Origin: a virus
Taxonomy: Duplodnaviria; Caudoviricetes
IMG/VR virus record: IMGVR_UViG_3300022671_000005
Coordinates: 78,117-142,116 of that record
Direction: 5' to 3' (one strand)
Length of the DNA stretch: 64,000 bases
Each line of letters begins with the position of its first letter. The stretch's first letter is position 1. The position numbers and the translations under genes are program-made. Below are positions 57,285 through 64,000 of the stretch, piece after piece. The notes under the pieces are model-generated. The model saw only the letters and a list, made by a program, of their open reading frames with translations, was not told the DNA's origin and did no database searches.

Positions 57285-57737
57285 ATGGCCAGAGTTTATG
57301 GAGACATATCTGAAGCTGTAAATAAAATGAAATTTGAAATAAGAGTTCCGGATTCTTATACACCTATTATTCCAGGGTACTATAAAAAGTTTCCAAATAG
57401 ATCACCCTTCTTTCAAGAAAATCAACCATTCTCTTATACCAAGATGACATGTGCTGATATTGTAGATTTGTGTAATTCGGGAATTCAGTTTGTTATAATT
57501 CGTAGGGAAGATGTTGAGATAATAACTAATATGATTAGTAGATATGTGAGTAAATTATCTGAACTAACACAAGGTATGAATGAGAACAGTGATCCTGTAA
57601 TACAAGTTGGTAGATGTAATGTTGCATTAAATATATTGCAAGCACATAAGACTCGTGCAATCAAGGAAAGAACATCTAATATGCAAGACAAAGGTGGGGA
57701 AACCTTACAATCCATACTTAATAAGGTAAAGTGGTGA
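57285..57737 (+). CDS. Conserved hypothetical protein
   Basis: SD aggagg; 150 aa. Confidence 0.6.
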   Translation: MARVYGDISEAVNKMKFEIRVPDSYTPIIPGYYKKFPNRSPFFQENQPFSYTKMTCADIVDLCNSGIQFVIIRREDVEIITNMISRYVSKLSELTQGMNENSDPVIQVGRCNVALNILQAHKTRAIKERTSNMQDKGGETLQSILNKVKW

Positions 57738-57740
57738 ATA

Positions 57741-59078
57741 ATGAATATTGAAATTAGTAAACAATTAGAATCTGATGTATTTAGAATACTGGATGAAAGT
57801 GGAAAAGACAATCTATTCAAAATATCATGTGTGTTTAAGTCGTGGACTAATCAATCCTGGAGTTGGGAAGTTAGAGATTTATTTGAATTTGATATAGTAC
57901 AAAACTTTATCCAAAATTATACTGATCTTATAACCATGTCTTTTCACTCACGACCATTTGAATATATGGATTTAGTTGAGTATAGTCAAGATCTTTTCTG
58001 CGAGGTAGAGATAAAGAGAATAAAACATTTCCAAGAAGACTTGGAAGACGTTGTACATTCTTTCACTTATCGTGCAATAATAAAAGAAAAGAAAGACCTC
58101 TCTAGAATGTATCCTATCAATATGATAAGAGAGAAAGAACTTTCTGAATCTAATGAACAAGATCAATCTAATAAAGTAATAGTAGAAGTTGATCTGATTG
58201 ACCCAGTTGCGTATGATGCTAGAAAGCGGAAAATAAATCTCTTATTAAGAAATGCAACTATGTCAGATATGATATTAACAATAGCTTCTGCTTTTGATAT
58301 AGATAACGTCTATTTTGTCAAACCTGATAATGAGAAAGTATATGAAAACTTTTGGATACCACCATCTATGGGAGTGTCTGAGGTATTTGGTTATTTACAA
58401 GAGTATGATGCCTTTGGGATATACGATTATGGTGCTAGAGCATATATAACACAAGGTATACTTTATCTATATCCATTATTTGATTTGAATCCAGCACAAT
58501 CTCCTTCTACGCATATACATATAGTTGGAGAACAGATGTTCCATGGTTTTAAAAGATATGATAAGACTATAGATAATGTCCTACATATTGTTTCTAATAG
58601 TGGAACTGATGAAGTGAGTCTTATTGAAGAAGGTATTGAAAATGAAGGTAATTGGTTCATGGTTCAGCAACCAGGATTATTAATTGATGTTTGGAGGTCT
58701 ATGAAAGAAGAGGCTTTTAATATCGATAACGAAGCAATGCTATCATTAATCATGCAACCAGAAAAAGCTATGACTACAGATGCCTACAGTCCTGTTAATG
58801 TAGTAACTGATAACATTCACAAGGTTAAGAGCAAGATGGCTTCATCTCATTTGACTATGATGGCGCTACGTTGGAACCAAGCATTTCCTTTCAATATACT
58901 TCCAGGACAAGTTGTAGCACTTCGTCATGATACGAGAGATGGTTATAAGAGAACTAATAGTATTCCAGTATCTACAGCATATGCATTTAGAGAACTGAAA
59001 GGTATAAATGTTGGTGTGGAAACACAATTCAATTGTACCTGTAACCTAAACTTAATGTGTCAATTAAGTAGTGAATGA
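57741..59078 (+). CDS. Virion structural protein, possibly baseplate hub (phiKZ gp101-like)
   Basis: 445 aa; YLQ...GIY and C-terminal W...ILPGQ.V pattern. Confidence 0.5.
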   Translation: MNIEISKQLESDVFRILDESGKDNLFKISCVFKSWTNQSWSWEVRDLFEFDIVQNFIQNYTDLITMSFHSRPFEYMDLVEYSQDLFCEVEIKRIKHFQEDLEDVVHSFTYRAIIKEKKDLSRMYPINMIREKELSESNEQDQSNKVIVEVDLIDPVAYDARKRKINLLLRNATMSDMILTIASAFDIDNVYFVKPDNEKVYENFWIPPSMGVSEVFGYLQEYDAFGIYDYGARAYITQGILYLYPLFDLNPAQSPSTHIHIVGEQMFHGFKRYDKTIDNVLHIVSNSGTDEVSLIEEGIENEGNWFMVQQPGLLIDVWRSMKEEAFNIDNEAMLSLIMQPEKAMTTDAYSPVNVVTDNIHKVKSKMASSHLTMMALRWNQAFPFNILPGQVVALRHDTRDGYKRTNSIPVSTAYAFRELKGINVGVETQFNCTCNLNLMCQLSSE

Positions 59079-59397
59079 TATGACAATTGTCATTAAGGAT
59101 GATAACTGTAGAAAGATTGTTGAATTAAATATTTATTACAGAAGAAGTTGCAATGTCATACAAGTGGAATTTAACAATTATAATTTTATCAGATTGATTG
59201 ATGATAGGGTAGGTAATAAAACATTATTAGAAGAGTTTAAAAGTAAGTTATTATCTCTCAAACATTTGTTAAAAGATGATAAGGTGTTAGAACTGTTACA
59301 CACATCAGAAGATCCTCAAACCTATCTTGTAGATAGTATTACAAAAATAGTTCAAAAATGCACTGAAAAATTAGACTTAACTATTGAACAAGAATAA
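59071..59397 (+). CDS. Hypothetical protein
   Basis: About 108-aa ORF overlapping the previous stop. Confidence 0.5.
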   Translation: MNDMTIVIKDDNCRKIVELNIYYRRSCNVIQVEFNNYNFIRLIDDRVGNKTLLEEFKSKLLSLKHLLKDDKVLELLHTSEDPQTYLVDSITKIVQKCTEKLDLTIEQE

Positions 59398-59401
59398 GAC
59401 C

Positions 59402-59440
59402 ATATACTAGGATGTGGGTTATTCCCACATCCTAGTATAT
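59402..59440. terminator. Long hairpin, 17-bp arms, between convergent genes
   Basis: atatactaggatgtggg-ttatt-cccacatcctagtatat. Confidence 0.65.
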
Positions 59441-59540
59441 ATTGCTTTTAAATTTTTTTAATTACACAAACAGTAATAATATAGATGCAATGGATTTTCA
59501 CAAATCCATAGTATCTACGACTACGAAGATTACTGTCAGA

Positions 59541-60662
59541 TTAGGTTACAAGCACTAACATTTGTTGTATATTAAATGCATATTCTCGCAATTCTTTATC
59601 CATCACATGTGATTTCCAATTGCTACGAAGCATCATACCATACTCCAATGAGAACTGCTTTCTTATCTTTGTTGTTTTATCTGGTTGTAGCTCTATTATA
59701 CTTACTAATATTTCTAACAATGTGGAAGATTTTAGTAGTTCAAAACCTATAGTCCTATTGTCAGTACCTACAACCATTTTGGTTTCATGTAGATTCATAT
59801 AGTCTAGAAGATCATGACCAATAAAGAACTCAGTGTCTAATAAAGCACTAAGTCTAATCTTATCACTTCCAACTCTATCTACTAAATCTACTATGTCATT
59901 ATAGGCTAGATTCATACTAGACATACCAACATATTGATTTACCTTAGCAAACTCTATTAAGCTATCAAGCACATCGTCGTCTTCATTGAGGACGGCGGAT
60001 AAGAAGTTCATTAACCAACAGTTGGCTAAGTCTTCATATAGGTGTACTAAAATATGTTCCTTTATGAACTTATCTTGATCTATGTTTTGAAATCCCACAC
60101 CTTCATGTTGGACGTATTTCCAAAACATTAATAGTAATGCAGGTAGATCTATAGCAAAGCACATGAAAGTAGGTTTCTCCCTTTTGTATCTCAAATACAT
60201 TTGATCTTCAGGGAATTTCAGTTCCATGGAATCCATAGATAATAACCTTAAAGGTTTCAAACTCTTAAGTCTATCCCAATTATCCACTGGTGAATAATTA
60301 ATATTGTCTATCAATCCTAATGTCGGTAACATAAGTTCTCTAACAGGTTTGTCAACAAATCTGTTAATCCTAGGTGATTTAACTAGTGGATAAAATTTCT
60401 TACCCATCATAATTGCTTCTGGAACTATAGTCTGATGATAAGCTTCGAATGGATCATTACTTATAGATTCATAATCTAATGTGTCCAACAATATTCTAAC
60501 GAAGACCGATGCTGGTGTGGCACTTTGTTCACTAAGCAAGAAACGATCTCTTGACAGATTCATCTGTCGAAGTAATGAATCTACCATCCTTTTCCAATAA
60601 GGTATATACCTTCCAGGCAATATAGGATCATAGATTGACTTTTTTCGTAGTAACATATACAC
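59541..60662 (-). CDS. Conserved hypothetical protein divergent from the chimallin gene
   Basis: 373 aa; W..LKPLRLL and FAIDLPAL. Confidence 0.55.
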   Translation of the reverse strand: MYMLLRKKSIYDPILPGRYIPYWKRMVDSLLRQMNLSRDRFLLSEQSATPASVFVRILLDTLDYESISNDPFEAYHQTIVPEAIMMGKKFYPLVKSPRINRFVDKPVRELMLPTLGLIDNINYSPVDNWDRLKSLKPLRLLSMDSMELKFPEDQMYLRYKREKPTFMCFAIDLPALLLMFWKYVQHEGVGFQNIDQDKFIKEHILVHLYEDLANCWLMNFLSAVLNEDDDVLDSLIEFAKVNQYVGMSSMNLAYNDIVDLVDRVGSDKIRLSALLDTEFFIGHDLLDYMNLHETKMVVGTDNRTIGFELLKSSTLLEILVSIIELQPDKTTKIRKQFSLEYGMMLRSNWKSHVMDKELREYAFNIQQMLVLVT

Positions 60663-60749
60663 TCTCTATTTTGAAGTTTAAGAATTATTTCTATATAATG
60701 CCTTGTATGTTGAGATTTTTTTGACACTAAATCTCATTAGAAATACAAA

Positions 60750-60801
60750 TATATATAACTTATACGATCACACACTATTAAAAATAATTTAATAGTGTGT
60801 G
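60750..60801 (+). promoter_or_regulatory. Variant early promoter plus leader hairpin upstream of the chimallin gene
   Basis: tatatataac-ttata-cgat, then cacacactattaaa-aataa-tttaatagtgtgtg. Confidence 0.4.
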
Positions 60802-60899
60802 TGAATATCTAATGTTAGAAGACGAATTAATTTTTGTCTGATTACATAAAAACAACCAAGTAGTGTCAATGAACCCCCATCCTAAAAGGAGAAACAAAA

Positions 60900-62513
60900 A
60901 TGACAGGAATCGTCATTGATCCCGATGGTGCCCATGAAGAAAGTGGAGCACCTGCAGCCAAGAAGACTGCTGCACCCACAGTCAATCAGCAAACCCATGC
61001 TGGTAACAAAATGCATACTTTCGATAGTATTCTTGCTATGTCCCGTGCAGGTGGTACACTTGCTGGTGATAGTGCTGAATATATCGACAGTATTCAAGCA
61101 ACGTTTGATCGTATCAGTTGTGGTATTACCAACAAACAACTGAGTATCAGTGATAAGGTTGTTGTTGCATTCTACAACAGAGATAAAACTCAAGCCATTT
61201 CTCTTACGTTGGCAGACCCAACTATCGAAGCACAACGTGAAGATCCCACTTCTGAGATTGCACATCAGATTGGTGGGATGTTGGGAACTGATGGTGTAAA
61301 ACTTGTCAACAACATCGTGGTACTTCCACAGGACTATGTACATGCCCCTAAGATGGCTCGTGAAATTCTTTTGACTATTGAGAATGCTGGTACTAAAGCT
61401 TTTGAACAAGCCAATAAGTCCATCCTCAATGGTAAGTTCAAAGTCACCATGAACCTTGGTGATGTAAATACGATTACCCGTTCTTGCTATCCTCTGGAAT
61501 CCATGCCACGTGCAGATATTGGTCTGATCGTCTGGACCAGAGTATCCAAAGAGATCCCTTCGGCCACTGGTCAAGAATGGGAATGGGAACCAGTTATTAT
61601 CATGACTGGTTATACTCAATTCATTGATCTGCAAACTGGACATGGTTACATGTTTAACTCCAATGTCAATGCACAGCCCAAGATTACTCCTAGAGTAACT
61701 GTAACCAACATTCAGACTTCCATTCGCTGTCCTGTAATGTATGGTTTGGCTATGCTCTTTGCTGCTGAATATTTCGTAAAGCGCAACGGTTGGTTGCTTC
61801 CTTATGAAAAGTTTGGTAAAGACATTCCAAACCTCGGTGCTCTGGTACCTGATGCTAAAGGCAAACCTTGTAATCTTGCAAACCAAGCTCAGTTACAAGA
61901 GTTCTTGTCCAATCCAAACATCATGTCTGCACCCACGTTGGCTGTAGATGTAACTGAAGGTCGTCCTGGTCTTGCAGCACAATGGAGTCTTATTGAGAAC
62001 ATTCCTGGTTCAACTCCTGGTAATGAACTACTTCAACGCCTTGCTAAATTCATGGCTAACGATGGTCAGGAAGTACATGAAGGTATCCTCAATTCTGGAT
62101 CCCTCGTAGGTCAGCGTGACGTTGAATTCATTGGTTATATCAATGGATCAAAAGATAGTCGTGTTATGGACTACCTCCAGCTTATTGCTGATGGTATTAC
62201 TGATATTCAGTCTGCAGTACGCTTCCTGTACATTGCACCTGAACCACAACTGAAAGGTCAAATGATCAAGGAATTCACAGACTACATCAGTCTGTTCAAG
62301 AACACAACTGTTCTTCTGAATCCTCACGTCATTGCACAGATTGGTACTGCAGATCTCGACATCGAAGTTGAGAGTGATATGCAGAGTCAGCAGAATAACA
62401 TCGGTCGCTATGCCGAACAGTTCTACTCTGACTTCTCCAGTCTTGGAACTATTGGTAAGCCCGGTAATGGTCCTGGCTACTACACCAATTATACGACTCC
62501 CTATCAGAGATAG
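60900..62513 (+). CDS. chmA: Chimallin-like phage nuclear shell protein
   Basis: Directly upstream of nvRNAP beta', the conserved chmA position; TPRVTVTNI, NLGAL and GY...DSRVMDYL motifs; capsid-like high-expression codon bias; strong SD aggag. Confidence 0.75.
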   Translation: MTGIVIDPDGAHEESGAPAAKKTAAPTVNQQTHAGNKMHTFDSILAMSRAGGTLAGDSAEYIDSIQATFDRISCGITNKQLSISDKVVVAFYNRDKTQAISLTLADPTIEAQREDPTSEIAHQIGGMLGTDGVKLVNNIVVLPQDYVHAPKMAREILLTIENAGTKAFEQANKSILNGKFKVTMNLGDVNTITRSCYPLESMPRADIGLIVWTRVSKEIPSATGQEWEWEPVIIMTGYTQFIDLQTGHGYMFNSNVNAQPKITPRVTVTNIQTSIRCPVMYGLAMLFAAEYFVKRNGWLLPYEKFGKDIPNLGALVPDAKGKPCNLANQAQLQEFLSNPNIMSAPTLAVDVTEGRPGLAAQWSLIENIPGSTPGNELLQRLAKFMANDGQEVHEGILNSGSLVGQRDVEFIGYINGSKDSRVMDYLQLIADGITDIQSAVRFLYIAPEPQLKGQMIKEFTDYISLFKNTTVLLNPHVIAQIGTADLDIEVESDMQSQQNNIGRYAEQFYSDFSSLGTIGKPGNGPGYYTNYTTPYQR

Positions 62514-62540
62514 CATTCGTTGACAACTAAGGGTTGTTGT

Positions 62541-62571
62541 GGCCCATGTAGGCATATTGCCTACATGGGCC
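62541..62571. terminator. Long hairpin, 14-bp arms
   Basis: ggcccatgtaggca-tat-tgcctacatgggcc. Confidence 0.65.
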
Positions 62572-62623
62572 TCTTGCTATTTCATCATATCAATACCAAC
62601 TATATTTTTACAAGGAGTACCAT

Positions 62624-64000
62624 ATGAAGCTACCGCTTCTGGATTATGATAGATTATTCTACAGTGATCCTGATGCTAGACTTATACCTTATGGTGTAGA
62701 AACATTTACTTCACCAAAACAAGCTACAGCATTCATGGAAGAGATTTACATGGATGAAGAAGAGGAAGTAAATGATACGAATTTTGAAGCTTCGTGTTCA
62801 TGTCGTCAACTGAAAGGTAACTTTTACGTAGGTACTACATGTCCACAATGTAAAACAGTTGTAAGAGATTCATTCTCTAGTGAAGTTAAGTTTAATGCTT
62901 GGATTAAACTCCCTGAGTATACTGCACCTATGTTACATCCTTCTGCATACTGGGTATTCAGAAAGTGGATGGGTACAGTAAGAGGATCTTACCTACTAGA
63001 TTGCTTATTAGACATAACTGCTAAAGACAAAATACCACACGACTTATATGAAAAGGTAGGTTGTGGTTATCGAAATTTCTATGAAAACTTCGATGAGATA
63101 ATGATGTATCTACTCAATGAGTATCCACCATTTCAAACTGGAAATGCTAAAGAAAAGAGTAGAGGTATACCAGAATACCTAGAGGCTTATCATGATGTAA
63201 TGTTTGTACAACACGTACCTATACTAAATAGTAGCATGCATCTTTTAACTGCTAATGGTACCATGAAGTATATTGATGTAACTTCACAATTTATTGTTAA
63301 GTGTATAGTTGAACTTTCAAATCTCGAATATAGGCAGAATACAGGATCACGTCCTGAACTATACGTTGATCAACACACATTTTCCATTTATCGCGCATAC
63401 TACCAATATGTTTACAGTATAGTTGATAAGAAGCTCAAAGGTAAACATGGATACTTCAGGCGTCATATGGCTGGAAGTAGATTGCATTTTACATCCAGAG
63501 CTGTTATTTTACCTATAACCTGTGAACACGATATGGATGAGGTCTACATTCCATGGAGAATAGGTATTGAGATGTTTGGTTTGGAAATTCATAATCTGTT
63601 AGTCAATAGATACAACTATACTGAACCAGACGCAATGTCAAAGAGACATAATGCTCTCTTTAAATATGATAGAGAAATATCTGATATAATGAAAACTCTT
63701 ATATCAGAAGCAGGGCATGTACATGAAGATGGAACCTTTGAAAACTTCAAAGGTCTACCTATCATACTTGGGCGAAATCCAACGCTTAGGCATGGTGCAA
63801 TACAGCTTGTATTCGCCACCAAAGTTAAGGAAAACCTAGACGATGATACATTATCGTTGTCTGTAATGATACTATCACCACTTAACGCTGACTTTGATGG
63901 TGACGAAATTTATATGTGTAGTATCAAAGAAACAGGCATGGTTAAAGACATGCAAGGGATACATCCTTCTACATGTATGATAGGTGATAATGAATTGAAA
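62624..64000 (+). CDS. Non-virion RNA polymerase beta' N-terminal subunit (phiKZ gp55-like), 3'-truncated by the window; absent from the ORF track
   Basis: SD aaggag; Zn finger CSC...CPQC, KGKHGYFRRHMAGSRLHFTSRAVI, RNPTL and catalytic NADFDGD at 63884-63904 in frame. Confidence 0.92.
   Translation, partial: MKLPLLDYDRLFYSDPDARLIPYGVETFTSPKQATAFMEEIYMDEEEEVNDTNFEASCSCRQLKGNFYVGTTCPQCKTVVRDSFSSEVKFNAWIKLPEYTAPMLHPSAYWVFRKWMGTVRGSYLLDCLLDITAKDKIPHDLYEKVGCGYRNFYENFDEIMMYLLNEYPPFQTGNAKEKSRGIPEYLEAYHDVMFVQHVPILNSSMHLLTANGTMKYIDVTSQFIVKCIVELSNLEYRQNTGSRPELYVDQHTFSIYRAYYQYVYSIVDKKLKGKHGYFRRHMAGSRLHFTSRAVILPITCEHDMDEVYIPWRIGIEMFGLEIHNLLVNRYNYTEPDAMSKRHNALFKYDREISDIMKTLISEAGHVHEDGTFENFKGLPIILGRNPTLRHGAIQLVFATKVKENLDDDTLSLSVMILSPLNADFDGDEIYMCSIKETGMVKDMQGIHPSTCMIGDNELK

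Noticed and set aside
59470-59537. Imperfect nested stem-loop (cagtaat...atggattt/aaatccat...attactg) as an ncRNA
   Set aside because: Short and AT-rich at a convergent gene end; more simply a 3' UTR structure.
60882-61886. 334-aa antisense ORF over the chimallin gene
   Set aside because: Same codon-bias artefact.
953-62571. Palindromes as CRISPR repeats, REP elements or MITEs
   Set aside because: Single dispersed copies with unrelated arm sequences; no spacers, cas genes, transposase or target-site duplications.
1-64000. Genome-wide TAG reassignment (code 15)
   Set aside because: Long genes are intact in code 11, and TAG ends genes right before hairpins or the next SD (14532, 20199, 43812, 46225, 62513).
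1-64000. tRNA or rRNA genes
   Set aside because: No cloverleaf or T-loop context found by eye in intergenic regions; tRNAscan-SE would be needed to be sure.

Overview
This AT-rich, densely coding window (standard genetic code) comes from a phiKZ-like jumbo phage. It is very probably nucleus-forming (Chimalliviridae-like), because a chimallin-like gene sits directly upstream of a non-virion RNA polymerase beta' gene. Core genes recognised from motifs: terminase large subunit, SbcC/Rad50, RuvC-like resolvase, DnaB-like helicase, major capsid protein, the exonuclease/motif-A half of the split family-B DNA polymerase, UvsX/RecA, guanylate kinase and neck/baseplate proteins. The ORF track misses two important things. 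(1) A 335-nt group I intron (39116-39450) lies inside polymerase motif A; splicing restores DVASEYP and a 604-aa protein. (2) The nvRNAP beta' ORF runs from 62624 past the window end and carries NADFDGD. Two large fibre/appendage regions (14.6-25.9 kb, + strand; 41-51 kb, - strand) are accessory. The second holds the most unusual element: a sulfotransferase gene embedded among four paralogous Tyr-rich proteins, preceded by a QY(S/T)P-repeat protein. Other signals are 22 long intergenic palindromes of similar length, an early promoter motif TATATATTAC-N5-TGAA, a probable late promoter CATTNTAT(G/A), an apparently dead ClpP-like protein with a head-type propeptide, an i-type-lysozyme-like enzyme and an HU-like protein. 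All calls come from reading motifs by eye; no database searches were run, and phiKZ gp numbers are recalled, tentative correspondences.
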